Shown: positions 28,844 through 38,252 of the stretch, in pieces
Layout: the number at the start of each line of letters is the position of its first letter
How positions within the stretch are numbered: the stretch's first letter is position 1
From: Thermoanaerobaculia bacterium
Lineage (GTDB): Bacteria; Acidobacteriota; Thermoanaerobaculia; UBA5066; Gp7-AA6
Reading direction: 5' to 3'
Assembly: GCA_050745445.1 (NCBI GenBank)
Contig: JBOGJN010000339.1
Location: forward strand, 1-49,587
Length of the DNA: 49,587 nucleotides
Notes under the pieces: generated by a model
The model's database searches: none
What the model was told of the DNA's origin: nothing
The model's input: the letters and a program-made list of their open reading frames with translations, nothing else
Made by a program: the position numbers and the translations under genes

Positions 28844-30160
28844 TCAGCGATAGGGTTGGAGGAAAGACTCAATCACCTTGCGGAAATTTGGATCGTCCTC
28901 GGTCAGGTGCTCGATCTTTTCGACAGAGTGCATGACCGTGGAATGGTGCTTGTCGTTAAAGAGCCTGCCGATCTCGGGGTAGGACAAACCCGTCAACCGG
29001 CGGCAGAGATACATGGCGACCTGGCGGGGGAAGGCGATCGGCTTGGCATTTGATCTTGCCTTCATGTCCGAGACACGCAAGCCGTAGTGTGTGGCAACAG
29101 CCTTCAAAATCTCGGAGGGTGCGGCCCGGCTTTCCTCGGTGCCCAGGATGTCCTTTAAGGTCTCGCGGGCAAGCTCGACCGACAGAGGCTTGCCGGTGAG
29201 CGAGGAAAAGGCAAGGACGCGGTTCAACCGCCCTTCCAGTTCCCGGACGTTCGACTTGACCGTGCCGGCGATAAAGAGGGCAACGTCATTGGGGATGCCG
29301 ACCTTTTCCGCGGCAGCCTTCTTCCGGATGATCGCGACCTTCATCTCGAGATCCGGTGGCTGGATATCGGCCACCAGACCCCACTCGAAACGTGAGCGCA
29401 GACGCTCCTCAAGTGTCGGGATCTCCTTGGGGAGAGCGTCGGAGGTCACCACGATCTGCTTCTGGGCATCGTGGAGGGCGTTGAAGGTGTGAAAAAACTC
29501 CTGCTGGGTCGAATCCTTCCCGGCAATAAATTGAACATCGTCCATCAGAAGCACGTCGAGCTCACGGTACCGCTGCTTGAACTCGTGCATCTTCTCGAAA
29601 CGCAGCGCGTTGATGAGTTCGTTTAGGAAACGCTCGGCCGACAGGTAGAAGACATGCATGCCGGGTGAGCGCCGAAGGATTTCGTGCGCGATCGCATGCA
29701 TCAGGTGCGTCTTGCCGAGCCCGACGCCCCCATAGAGGAACAGAGGGTTGTACGAGCGGGAAGGGGACTCGGCCACGGCGCGGGCCGCCGCGTGCGCGAA
29801 CTGGTTGGAAGGGCCCACGACGAACGTGTCGAAGGTGTAGCGGGGGTTCAAGACGAGGCCGCGGCCGGAGGCAGGGGAGGCGGCGACCTCGGCCGGCTTC
29901 TCGGCCACGCCAGACTCGAAGCGAAACGAGAGCCCGGGAAAACCCGTGGCCGCGGCCTCTTGCGCGAGCAGCGTGCCGTGCCGTGTCTCGATCCAATCGG
30001 CAAAAACACGGCTTGGCACCGAGACGGTCAAGAGGGGCGCCGCTCGCGCCGTGCCCTCCTGAAACGAATGCTGCTGAGTGGGCGCAAACCAGGTCTTGAG
30101 CTCCTTGGCATCGAGTTTCCCCTCGAGGTTTCTGACAATCGAGTTCCAGAGGTCATTCAT
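28844..30160 (-). CDS. dnaA: Chromosomal replication initiator protein DnaA
   Basis: 438 aa with AAA+ Walker A GGVGLGKTHLMHAI and the C-terminal DNA-binding domain RQVAMYLCRRLTGLSYPEIGRLFNDKHHSTVMHS. Confidence 0.97.
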   Translation of the reverse strand: MNDLWNSIVRNLEGKLDAKELKTWFAPTQQHSFQEGTARAAPLLTVSVPSRVFADWIETRHGTLLAQEAAATGFPGLSFRFESGVAEKPAEVAASPASGRGLVLNPRYTFDTFVVGPSNQFAHAAARAVAESPSRSYNPLFLYGGVGLGKTHLMHAIAHEILRRSPGMHVFYLSAERFLNELINALRFEKMHEFKQRYRELDVLLMDDVQFIAGKDSTQQEFFHTFNALHDAQKQIVVTSDALPKEIPTLEERLRSRFEWGLVADIQPPDLEMKVAIIRKKAAAEKVGIPNDVALFIAGTVKSNVRELEGRLNRVLAFSSLTGKPLSVELARETLKDILGTEESRAAPSEILKAVATHYGLRVSDMKARSNAKPIAFPRQVAMYLCRRLTGLSYPEIGRLFNDKHHSTVMHSVEKIEHLTEDDPNFRKVIESFLQPYR

Positions 30161-30175
30161 CGAGGCCCGCCCGGT

Positions 30176-30207
30176 TTTTCCACAGCCTTTTCCACAGCTG
30201 TGGAAAG
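30176..30207. promoter_or_regulatory. Three DnaA boxes upstream of dnaA
   Basis: The boxes are TTTTCCACA (30176-30184), TTTTCCACA (30188-30196), and the inverted TGTGGAAAG (30199-30207). They lie 16-47 nt upstream of the dnaA ATG in the divergent dnaA / rpmH spacer. Confidence 0.7.
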
Positions 30208-30296
30208 CTCATTACGCTTTTGGGGGGACGCAGTATACAGCCAACCCGGATGGCCGGAGTCAAGCCTCTCGCAAGGGCCGGGGCAGTGCCCTGCGC

Positions 30297-30325
30297 TTGA
30301 CTTCCACCCGCCGTCTCCCTAGCAT
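30297..30325 (+). promoter_or_regulatory. Predicted rpmH promoter TTGACT-N17-TAGCAT
   Basis: The -35 is TTGACT (30297-30302), the spacer is 17 nt, and the -10 is TAGCAT (30320-30325). The ATG is 11 nt after the -10, which implies a very short leader and no SD. Confidence 0.5.
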
Positions 30326-30336
30326 TCCGGCTCTTC

Positions 30337-30471
30337 ATGAAGCGGACGTATCAGCCCAACAATCGTCGCCGCAAGCGCACGCACGGGTTCCTTGTGCGGA
30401 TGCGGACGCGTTCCGGACGGGCCGTTCTCTCGGCGCGGCGACGCAAGGGGCGCAAAAGACTCTCGGTGTGA
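30337..30471 (+). CDS. rpmH: 50S ribosomal protein L34
   Basis: This ORF is not listed in the track because it is under 60 aa. My translation is [44 protein letters not shown], followed by a stop. Confidence 0.95.
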   Translation: MKRTYQPNNRRRKRTHGFLVRMRTRSGRAVLSARRRKGRKRLSV

Positions 30472-30851
30472 ATCCAGGCCCGGCCGCGAGGGAGACCTTC
30501 TTTCGCGGCGACCGCCTTCGGAAGCGAAGGGAATTCGAAGAGTGCTACGCCTCCGGGGTCCGCGTGTCCGGGCGCCATCTCCAGTTGTTCCTCTTGTCGC
30601 GGCAGGCAGCGGGACCTGCTCGTTTCGGGCTGTCCGTCTCCCGGCGCCTGGGAGGGGCCGTCACGCGCAACCGGCTGCGCCGCCGGCTGCGCGAGATCTT
30701 CCGACGAAACCGCGAGGTCTTCGGGTCGGCCCCGTTCGACTGCGTGGTGAACCTGCGCGCTTCGGCCGTCGGGGTCGCCTTTTCCGAGCTCGAACAGGAT
30801 TGCCTTTCGGCCGTGCGTCGGGCTGTCGAGAAGATCAGGAAGCCTCGATGA
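30468..30851 (+). CDS. rnpA: Ribonuclease P protein component
   Basis: GTG 30468 overlaps the rpmH stop as GTGA. The sequence has [29 protein letters not shown]...[15 protein letters not shown]. The track ORF starting at 30078 is an upstream over-extension. Confidence 0.88.
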   Translation: MNPGPAARETFFRGDRLRKRREFEECYASGVRVSGRHLQLFLLSRQAAGPARFGLSVSRRLGGAVTRNRLRRRLREIFRRNREVFGSAPFDCVVNLRASAVGVAFSELEQDCLSAVRRAVEKIRKPR

Positions 30852-31066
30852 AGCTGCCGCAGCGGCTGCCACTTGCGCTGCTGGATCTCTACAAGAGGGC
30901 CGCGTCGCCCTTGATGCCGCGGGCCTGCCGATTCGAGCCCACATGTTCTGTCTACGCCCGGGAGGCGATCGAGCGCTACGGCCTGCTGCGTGGCTGCCGC
31001 CTGGCCGCCAGTCGGCTCTTGCGCTGCCACCCTTTCCGGAAGGGTGGGTTCGACCCCGTGCCGTAA
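30848..31066 (+). CDS. yidD: Membrane protein insertion efficiency factor YidD
   Basis: ATG 30848 overlaps the rnpA stop as ATGA. The sequence is [39 protein letters not shown]...RLLRCHPF. Confidence 0.9.
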   Translation: MKLPQRLPLALLDLYKRAASPLMPRACRFEPTCSVYAREAIERYGLLRGCRLAASRLLRCHPFRKGGFDPVP

Positions 31067-31073
31067 GTTATTT

Positions 31074-32708
31074 ATGGAAAAGAGGTTACTTCTCGCGGCG
31101 GCCCTCTCCCTGGCGGTTCTCATCATCTGGGGATGGTTGGGGCCAAAGCCGCCTGCCCGCCCCGTGCCTCCACGAGTGACGGCAGCTCCAGTTGCCGCCC
31201 AAGCACCCGCCCCTGAAGCGCCCCGGCAGGTCGGGGCAGCAGACTCAGAGCCACTGCCGCCTCCCGTAGGGGCGACAGAGGAGGGTCTCACGACGCTCGA
31301 AAATGGCGTTCTCCGCGCCACATTTTCCAACCGGGGCGCGGTCCTCACCTCGCTCGTTCTCTTGCACTACACGGACGATCAGGACCACCCGCTCGAGCTT
31401 CTTCGGAGGCTCCCGGCGATCGCACCAAAGCCGTTCGCGCTCGACTTCGAGGGAAAGCCAGACGTTACCGGCCGTGCCTCCGCTGCCCTTTTCGCCGTCG
31501 AGAGGCGTTCGAACAAGTCGGTGCAGTTTCGTTACGCAGACGCGTCGCTGGCGATCGGCAAGGAGATCGCTTTGACCGATGGCTATGCCTTCAACGTGAA
31601 GTTTTCCGTCGTGGGCGCTCCGTTCACGGCGATTGTCGGCACGGGTCTGCGCAACCCCACCGACCGAGAAAAGGCCTCTCCCTACGCCAGGCCAGCGACC
31701 GCCGTCGCGACGGTCGGTGGCAGGCTTGAAACCACAATCGAGGGTAAAGCAGAGCATCCGCTGACCTGGCCACTCGACGCCGGTGGCTTCGCTGGAATCG
31801 AGGACAACTATTTCTTGCTCGCCTTATTGCCGCGCCAGGTCGCCACGGCGAGGGTCTTACCGCTTCAGGTGCACAACGATCAAGGCAAGACCACCTCTGA
31901 GATCGCGCTTGGTCTGACAGGGAGCGGCGAGCTCGACGCTCGTGCCTACTTCGGCCCGAAGGAAATTGAGACGCTCGAGAGTCTGAAGGCTGGTCTCGAA
32001 CGAACCGTCAATTTCGGGTGGTTCCCTCTCCCGCTCATCGCGCGACCCTTGTACTGGCTGCTCAAGAAGACCTTCTCGTTCGTCGGGAACTATGGGCTGG
32101 CCATCATTCTCGTGACCCTCATGATCCGGATCCTGCTCTTCCCGCTCATGCACAAGAGCTACGTATCGATGAAGAAGATGCAGAAGCTCGCACCCAAGAT
32201 GAACGCGATCCGCGACAAGTACAAGAAGTCCAAAACCGATGCCGCGCAGCGGCAGAAAATGAATCAGGAAGTGATGGCGCTCTACCAGGCCGAGGGCGTC
32301 AACCCGATGGGCGGATGCCTTCCGATCCTCTTGCAGATGCCGATCCTGTTTGCTTTTTACTACGTGCTGTCCCAGACGATCGAACTGCGGCATGCACCTT
32401 TCTTCTTATGGATCAGAGACCTTTCGGCAGTCGACAGCAGTTACGTTCTTGTGATCCTGATGACCGTGACGATGTACGTGCAGCAGGCGATGACGCCGTC
32501 GACGGCCGATCCCGCGCAGAAGAGAATCTTCATGTTCATGCCCCTCATGATGGGCTTTTTCATGCGATTAGCGCCCTCGGGTCTCGTGCTCTACTGGCTG
32601 TTTTCCAACGTCCTGTCGATCGCGCAACAGGTGATCATCAACCGCATCGGGAACAAGGACGAGCCGGCCGCGCAGAAGCCCAAGCGCTTGAAACAGGCAC
32701 GGGCTTAA
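31074..32708 (+). CDS. yidC: Membrane protein insertase YidC
   Basis: It starts MEKRLLLAAALSLAVLIIWGW, has a periplasmic domain, and carries the conserved C-terminal core GLAIILVTLMIRILLFPL...GCLPILLQMPILFAFY. The track start at 30990 overlaps yidD. Confidence 0.95.
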   Translation: MEKRLLLAAALSLAVLIIWGWLGPKPPARPVPPRVTAAPVAAQAPAPEAPRQVGAADSEPLPPPVGATEEGLTTLENGVLRATFSNRGAVLTSLVLLHYTDDQDHPLELLRRLPAIAPKPFALDFEGKPDVTGRASAALFAVERRSNKSVQFRYADASLAIGKEIALTDGYAFNVKFSVVGAPFTAIVGTGLRNPTDREKASPYARPATAVATVGGRLETTIEGKAEHPLTWPLDAGGFAGIEDNYFLLALLPRQVATARVLPLQVHNDQGKTTSEIALGLTGSGELDARAYFGPKEIETLESLKAGLERTVNFGWFPLPLIARPLYWLLKKTFSFVGNYGLAIILVTLMIRILLFPLMHKSYVSMKKMQKLAPKMNAIRDKYKKSKTDAAQRQKMNQEVMALYQAEGVNPMGGCLPILLQMPILFAFYYVLSQTIELRHAPFFLWIRDLSAVDSSYVLVILMTVTMYVQQAMTPSTADPAQKRIFMFMPLMMGFFMRLAPSGLVLYWLFSNVLSIAQQVIINRIGNKDEPAAQKPKRLKQARA

Positions 32709-32753
32709 GCGAAAGATCGCGGTACCGGAAGGGATGGAGAGGAAGAGGTCGAT

Positions 32754-33449
32754 ATGCAATTTGAAGGCAAGACAGAGCAGGAAGCCGTGGAAAATGCGCT
32801 GCGGCAGCTCGGGCGCCCTGCCAGCGAGCTGAAATACCGGGTGGTTCGCGACGAAAAGTCCTTCTGGGGAGGGCGAGTCGTCGAGATTGACGTGGAAGAG
32901 TTCCAGGCCGTCGCGAGTCGAGAGCCGAGCGCCGAGAGTCCGGCCGCACAGCCGCCGGGGGCCACGACCGCCGGGGCGGCACCGGAAGGGGCGATGGACG
33001 CCGAGGCCTTCGCCGCCGTTGAGGCCACGCTGACGGAGCTTCTCTCCGCAGCCGGGTTCCTCGTTGAGATCCGGCGGCAACCCGGTGAAGAAATGCTCTT
33101 CGAGTTGATCGGGGATGATGTCGAGCCGCTTCTGGCCAACAAGGGAGAGGGATTAAACGGCCTCGAGGTCCTCTCCGGCCGCATTGCCTCCAAAAAGCTG
33201 GCCCGGCCGGTCTATCCTCGGCTTGACGCCGAAGGGTTCCGCGCGCATCAGCGCGGGTCCCTGCAAGAGCTGGCCCTGCGCTCGGCCGAGGAAGCCAAGC
33301 GGACGCACCGGCCACAGCTTCTGCCCCCGCTCTCTCCAGCGGAGCGGCGTCTGATCCACCTGGCTCTGGCCGAGGACCCGGAGGTGGAGACCCAAAGCGA
33401 GGGGGAAGGCTTCTTGAAGAGAGTGGCGGTGAGACCCAAAGCTAGCTAG
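32754..33449 (+). CDS. jag: Jag/KhpB-type RNA-binding protein (Jag_N, KH, R3H)
   Basis: It starts MQFEGKTEQEAVENALRQLG and has an R3H-like C-terminus ERRLIHLALAEDPEVETQSEGEGFLKRVAV. It lies downstream of yidC, as is usual. Confidence 0.88.
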   Translation: MQFEGKTEQEAVENALRQLGRPASELKYRVVRDEKSFWGGRVVEIDVEEFQAVASREPSAESPAAQPPGATTAGAAPEGAMDAEAFAAVEATLTELLSAAGFLVEIRRQPGEEMLFELIGDDVEPLLANKGEGLNGLEVLSGRIASKKLARPVYPRLDAEGFRAHQRGSLQELALRSAEEAKRTHRPQLLPPLSPAERRLIHLALAEDPEVETQSEGEGFLKRVAVRPKAS

Positions 33450-33450
33450 A

Positions 33451-33486
33451 CGAAATTCGAATTTCGAAATTCGAATTTCGAAATTC
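33451..33486. repeat. Perfectly palindromic heptad repeat (GAAATTC/GAATTTC alternating) between jag and mnmE
   Basis: The sequence is cGAAATTCGAATTTCGAAATTCGAATTTCGAAATTC. It starts 2 nt after the jag stop and ends 8 nt before the mnmE ATG. Confidence 0.9.
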
Positions 33487-33494
33487 AGTGTTCC

Positions 33495-34859
33495 ATGCGC
33501 CCCCGGACAGACTCCCTGCTCGACACGATCGCCGCGCTGGCCACGCCCGTGGGGCGCTCGGCCCTGGCCGTCGTGCGCGTTTCGGGCGGGCGGACGCGAC
33601 AGATCCTCTCCGCCGTGGCCCGAGGGCTTCCCGAGCCTTTGCTTGCCCGGCGCCCGTACCTCGCCTCGCTGGCCGATGTCTCCGGAGACCCGCTCGATCG
33701 CGGCCTCGTGACCTTCTTTTCCGCGCCCGCGTCTGCGACGGGCGAGGATGTGGCGGAGTTTTCCGTGCACGGCAGCCCAATCGTGATCGGGCGGCTGCTC
33801 CAGACCCTGGTGCGCGCGGGAGCCCGCATGGCAAGACCCGGCGAGTTCACGGAACGGGCGTTTCTTCTGGGCAAGATCGACCTTCTCGAAGCACAGGCCG
33901 TTGCCGACTTGATCGAAGCGCGTACCGAGACGGCGGCGCGCTTCTCGGCGCGGCGCCTGGAAGGGAGCCTCTCACGGCGATTGGTTCGGCTTCGGGAGCA
34001 GCTGCTTTCCGCTGCCGCAGGGCTCACCGCCACGATCGACTTTGCCGAGGATGTTGGCGATGCGTTGGACCAGGAGACACTGCGGCTTCTCTCTTCAGCC
34101 GCGCAGGAGCTGGCGCGGCTGTCGGCAAGCTACGAAACGGGGCGCCTGCTGTCGGCCGGTTGCCGGGTCGCGATCCTGGGGCGTCCCAACGTGGGGAAAT
34201 CGACCCTTTTCAACGCCCTTGTCGGGAGCGCCCGCGCGATTGTCACCGATGTGCCCGGTACGACCCGCGACACACTGGAAGCGACAGTCGACGTCGCCGG
34301 AATTCCGGTCGAGCTGGTGGACACGGCGGGACTTCGCCAGACGGAGGATCCCGTCGAGAAGATCGGCGTTGCGCGAGCGCGCCAGGCCGGGCGGGACTCC
34401 GACGCCGTGCTCTACGTCTTTGACGCGGGTACGGGATGGAGCCCGGAGGACGCGTTGGCCGTTTCGGCGCTCGGTGCAAAGCCGGTCCTCCTGGTTGGCA
34501 ACAAGATTGACACGCTCTGTGCGGCGCGACCTGGCTTCCCGCCCGGGACGTTCTGCCTTTGCGGTCTTTCCGACGGGGCGGGGCAGAAGCTCTACGAAAT
34601 CCTCAAAGAGGGGCTCGCCTTGCGGCTCTCAACCGAAGTGACCTCCGAGGTCCTCTCTGGTCTTCGCGAGCGGGACTTGGTGGATCGGGCGCGAGCCGCC
34701 GTCTGCGGGACGCTCGAATCCCTCGGGCGGGGAGATTCTCCCGAGTACGCGGCGGCCGAGCTGGAGGAAGCGCTGGCGGCCCTGGCCGATCTCTTCGGAG
34801 AGACAACGGCCGAGGACGTGCTCCAGCGGATCTTTTCGACGTTTTGTATCGGCAAGTGA
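33495..34859 (+). CDS. mnmE: tRNA modification GTPase MnmE
   Basis: It has DTIAALATP, the G1 motif GRPNVGKSTLFNAL, DTAG, NKID, and the C-terminal FCIGK. Confidence 0.95.
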   Translation: MRPRTDSLLDTIAALATPVGRSALAVVRVSGGRTRQILSAVARGLPEPLLARRPYLASLADVSGDPLDRGLVTFFSAPASATGEDVAEFSVHGSPIVIGRLLQTLVRAGARMARPGEFTERAFLLGKIDLLEAQAVADLIEARTETAARFSARRLEGSLSRRLVRLREQLLSAAAGLTATIDFAEDVGDALDQETLRLLSSAAQELARLSASYETGRLLSAGCRVAILGRPNVGKSTLFNALVGSARAIVTDVPGTTRDTLEATVDVAGIPVELVDTAGLRQTEDPVEKIGVARARQAGRDSDAVLYVFDAGTGWSPEDALAVSALGAKPVLLVGNKIDTLCAARPGFPPGTFCLCGLSDGAGQKLYEILKEGLALRLSTEVTSEVLSGLRERDLVDRARAAVCGTLESLGRGDSPEYAAAELEEALAALADLFGETTAEDVLQRIFSTFCIGK

Positions 34860-34934
34860 GTCGAGAGTCGAGGGTCGAGGGTTCAGAGTTTCCAGAGGCT
34901 CCGAACTCTCGACTCTTGACTCTGGACTCTCAAC
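34858..34934 (+). repeat. Heptad-periodic stem-loop (GTCGAGR/GACTCTN-type) between mnmE and mnmG, best folded as plus-strand RNA
   Basis: The left arm is GA GTCGAGA GTCGAGG GTCGAGG GTTCAGA GTT, the loop is about 11 nt, and the right arm is GAACTCTC GACTCTT GACTCTG GACTCTC AAC. Over 32 positions I counted 24 Watson-Crick pairs, 5 G:U pairs (all on the plus strand) and 3 mismatches. Confidence 0.85.
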
Positions 34935-34950
34935 TTGTGACTGTTAGCCC

Positions 34951-36828
34951 GTGTCGGACTTGAGATTCGAGGTGCTCGTCATCGGCGGTGGGCATGCGGG
35001 AGTCGAAGCGGCGTACGCCGCCGCGCGGATGGGTCGGCGCACGGCGCTGTTGACGGCCGACCGCTCTGCGATCGGGCGGATGTCCTGCAATCCGGCGATC
35101 GGAGGCCTGGCCAAGGGGCAGCTGGTGCGGGAAGTGGACGCCCTGGGTGGCCTGATGGGAGTCCTCGCGGATCGCGCGGGGATCCAGTTCAAGATCCTGA
35201 ACCGCTCGCGAGGTCCGGCCGTATGGGGTCCTCGAGCCCAGTGCGACAGGAGCCTCTACTCGAGGCTTGCGCGGCGGGCGCTGGAAGAGACACCCAACCT
35301 GACGATCCTCGAGGCGATGGCGGAGGACTTTCTCGAAGGGGGCGGGCGCGTGGCCGGAGTGGTCACCCGGGATGGGCGGCGCATCGGTGCGCAGGCAGTT
35401 GTGGTGACAACCGGAACCTTCCTGCGCGGTCTGATGCACACGGGAGAGAAGAAAACGGAAGGCGGGCGTGTGGGCGAGGCGGCCTCCGAGGGCCTCTCGG
35501 CTGCCATTTCGCGCCTGGGTCTCGCGCTCGGCCGTTTCAAGACCGGCACGCCGCCGCGCGTCCACCGCGACACGGTCGATTACGATCTCTGCGAGCCGCA
35601 GCGGGGCGACGAGCCGCCGGTCCCCTTCTCGTTCCGCACAAAGGCACTGGCCCGGGAGCAGGCGCTCTGCTTCCTGACGTTCACCAACGAGCGGGTGCAC
35701 GAGCTGATCCGCGCCAACCTTCATCGAAGCCCCATGTACTCGGGACAGATCGTGGGCGTCGGCCCGCGGTACTGCCCGTCGGTGGAAGACAAGGTCGTGA
35801 AATTTGCGGACAAGCCGCGTCACTCCCTTTTCTTGGAGCCCGAGGGGTGGCAGGCCGAGGAGATCTACATCAACGGCCTCTCGACTTCCCTGCCCGTGGA
35901 GGTGCAGCGCGCCATCCTCAAGGAGATTCCGGGTCTCTCGCGGGCCCGCATGCTGCGACCCGGCTACGCCGTCGAGTACGACTACGCGTTTCCCGAACAG
36001 CTCTCCCTGACGCTGGAGACCCTCGAGGTGCCACGCCTTTATCTGGCCGGGCAGATCAATGGCACTTCCGGCTACGAGGAGGCCGCGGCGCAGGGAATCT
36101 GGGCGGGCGTCAACGCGGCTCTGGCGGTTCGCGGGGAGGAGCCTTTCCTGCTCGAGCGCTCGGAGGCCTATGCCGCGGTGATGATCGACGACTTGACGAA
36201 GATAGGAGTCGAAGAGCCCTATCGGTTGTTTACCTCGAGGGCCGAGTACCGCCTGCTCCTGGGCGTGGACACGGTGTTGCCGCGTCTGCTGCCTTACGGG
36301 CGCCGCTTGGGGTTGGTCTCTGAAGAGGAGTACGGGGAGGCAATGCGGTCCGAAGAGCGCATCGAAAAAACATTGCGCGCCCTTTCCGAGCGAGTCGTCA
36401 ACCCGGACAGGGAAACGCTCTTGCGGATCAGAGAGACGCTCGGAATCGAGCTCGCTTCTCCGGCAACGCTTTCTAAACTATTGCAGCGTCAGGACTTAGA
36501 CGTAGATGGACTGGAGTCCTATTGCCCGGAAATCTTTGCTCCTCTCTCTCGCGAGGAAAAGCGCATTCTGGAGAATCGGGTCCGGTACGAGGGCTACATC
36601 CGAAGTGAAAAAGAGCGGGTCGAGCGCTTAAAGCCAATGGCCTCCCGCCGCATCCCTGAGGCGTTCGACTATCGTTCGATCTCGGGTCTCTCACACGAGA
36701 TTGTCGAGAAATGCACGCGGCGGCGCCCTCGCACGGTGGGCGAGGCCGCGCGGATCCCGGGCGTCACGCCCGCAGCGGTCGCGATAATCTCGGCCCATGT
36801 GGCGCGGGGCCGCTCCCTCTCCCCCTGA
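34951..36828 (+). CDS. mnmG: tRNA uridine 5-carboxymethylaminomethyl modification enzyme MnmG (GidA)
   Basis: 625 aa with a GTG start. The FAD motif is [21 protein letters not shown], and the protein matches GidA along its full length. Confidence 0.96.
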   Translation: MSDLRFEVLVIGGGHAGVEAAYAAARMGRRTALLTADRSAIGRMSCNPAIGGLAKGQLVREVDALGGLMGVLADRAGIQFKILNRSRGPAVWGPRAQCDRSLYSRLARRALEETPNLTILEAMAEDFLEGGGRVAGVVTRDGRRIGAQAVVVTTGTFLRGLMHTGEKKTEGGRVGEAASEGLSAAISRLGLALGRFKTGTPPRVHRDTVDYDLCEPQRGDEPPVPFSFRTKALAREQALCFLTFTNERVHELIRANLHRSPMYSGQIVGVGPRYCPSVEDKVVKFADKPRHSLFLEPEGWQAEEIYINGLSTSLPVEVQRAILKEIPGLSRARMLRPGYAVEYDYAFPEQLSLTLETLEVPRLYLAGQINGTSGYEEAAAQGIWAGVNAALAVRGEEPFLLERSEAYAAVMIDDLTKIGVEEPYRLFTSRAEYRLLLGVDTVLPRLLPYGRRLGLVSEEEYGEAMRSEERIEKTLRALSERVVNPDRETLLRIRETLGIELASPATLSKLLQRQDLDVDGLESYCPEIFAPLSREEKRILENRVRYEGYIRSEKERVERLKPMASRRIPEAFDYRSISGLSHEIVEKCTRRRPRTVGEAARIPGVTPAAVAIISAHVARGRSLSP

Positions 36829-37462
36829 GGCCTTCCGCGCGCGGCTTGCGGGGGTTGCACCCCGGTTTGGTCTCGCCCTTTCTGAGGTGTCGCTTGAAGC
36901 GATGGCCCGATACCTCGCGCTTTTGGATCTCTGGAGACGCCAGACGAACTTAACGGGGCGCCTGGGGCTTGCCGATCTGGTCGCGCACGCCCTGGAGTCG
37001 GCGCTTGGGGAGAGGCTAATTCCTCATGGCGCTGAGGTTATCGATATCGGGTCCGGGGCGGGCTTTCCAGGGGTGCCGCTTGCGATCGTGCGGGCGGACA
37101 TCCGGGTCACGCCGGTAGACCCTCGACGAAAGAGAGTCGAGTTCTTGAAACGCGTGGCCGAGGATGTACCTGTCGAAAACCTGCTTGTCCCCGGGACGGG
37201 GTTACGCGCCTTTCCGCCCGGGTTCGCCGATGTGGCCACGGCTCGGGCCGTGGGCTCGGTTGACCGGCTTCTCGCAGACGCGCCATTCCTAAAGCCGGGC
37301 GGTCTCTTTCTGGCCTGGACGACCGATGCCTCCTGGCTGGCCCGCCGGCTCCTCCCGCACTTTTCTTTGGAGGAAGAGCTGCCAGTTCCCGCAAGCCGCC
37401 GCAAGGCCATCGCCTCCTTTCGAAAGACGGGACCCGTGTTCCACGTGAAACGGAGAGGGTAA
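36797..37462 (+). CDS. rsmG: 16S rRNA (guanine527-N7)-methyltransferase RsmG
   Basis: The SAM motif is [17 protein letters not shown], preceded by [13 protein letters not shown]. It overlaps the mnmG 3' end by 32 nt. Confidence 0.88.
   Translation: MWRGAAPSPPEAFRARLAGVAPRFGLALSEVSLEAMARYLALLDLWRRQTNLTGRLGLADLVAHALESALGERLIPHGAEVIDIGSGAGFPGVPLAIVRADIRVTPVDPRRKRVEFLKRVAEDVPVENLLVPGTGLRAFPPGFADVATARAVGSVDRLLADAPFLKPGGLFLAWTTDASWLARRLLPHFSLEEELPVPASRRKAIASFRKTGPVFHVKRRG
37437..37452. promoter_or_regulatory. parS site TGTTCCACGTGAAACG
   Basis: It matches the consensus TGTTNCACGTGAAACA at 15 of 16 positions. It lies in the last codons of rsmG, 15 nt upstream of the parA start. Confidence 0.8.
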
Positions 37463-37466
37463 ACGG

Positions 37467-38252
37467 GTGAATAATGCCCGCGCGATGGGCCGGATCCTCG
37501 CGGTGGCCAACCAGAAGGGGGGTGTGGGCAAGACCACGACGGCCATCAACCTGGCGGCAGCCCTCGCGGCCCTGGACAAGAAGATCCTTCTGGTGGATTT
37601 CGACGCCCAGGCCAACGCGACCTCGGGGCTGGGGTTCCCGCGGCAGAAGAATGGCCTCGACGCCTACGACGTGATCCTGGGCGCGGAGGCTCTCACCGCC
37701 ATCCGGGAGACATCCTTTCCGAATCTCTCGCTGCTGCCCTCGGGCCGGGATCTGGTGGGGGCGGAGATCGAGCTTGTGGACCGCCCCGATCGGGAGCAGA
37801 GACTTCGCATGGCGCTCGAGTCCGTTCGCGACTATTACGAGTTCCTCTTCGTCGACTGCCCCCCTTCGCTTTCGCTCTTGACCGTTAACGCTTTGACGGC
37901 GGCCGACGCGGTCCTGGTCCCGATCCAGACCGAGTACTTTGCGCTCGAGGGGCTCTCGGAGCTCTTAGAGACGGTAAACCGGGTGCGGCTCGCCTTCAAC
38001 CCGTTTCTCGCAGTCGAGGGGATCCTCTTGACCATGTATGATGACCGCACGAACCTCGCCCGGCAGGTGACCGAGGACATCCGTCGGCATTTCGGAGACC
38101 GGGTCTTTAGAACGGTGATTCCGCGCAACGTCCGGTTGGGGGAAGCTCCCTCCTTCGGCCAGCCGGTCTTCGCCTACGACATCAAGTCGAAAGGCTCGGA
38201 GGCGTATTTGGCCCTGGCGCGCGAGTTCTTGAGGAGAGGCGCCGCAGCATGA
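37467..38252 (+). CDS. parA: Chromosome partitioning ATPase ParA/Soj
   Basis: The deviant Walker A is ILAVANQKGGVGKTTTAINLA. The start is GTG 37467, or the ATG 18 nt downstream at 37485. Confidence 0.95.
   Translation: MNNARAMGRILAVANQKGGVGKTTTAINLAAALAALDKKILLVDFDAQANATSGLGFPRQKNGLDAYDVILGAEALTAIRETSFPNLSLLPSGRDLVGAEIELVDRPDREQRLRMALESVRDYYEFLFVDCPPSLSLLTVNALTAADAVLVPIQTEYFALEGLSELLETVNRVRLAFNPFLAVEGILLTMYDDRTNLARQVTEDIRRHFGDRVFRTVIPRNVRLGEAPSFGQPVFAYDIKSKGSEAYLALAREFLRRGAAA

Noticed and set aside
28606-28872. An 88-aa ORF spanning the dnaA-dnaN spacer.
   Set aside because: It overlaps the dnaN start and the dnaA stop, has no RBS, and has an unconvincing composition. The spacer is better explained as origin or regulatory DNA with DnaA boxes.
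30232-30237. TATACT on the minus strand as the dnaA -10 box.
   Set aside because: The nearest TTGACT-like -35 is 20 nt away, which is too far, and there is no extended -10. The site is plausible but unsupported without TSS data.
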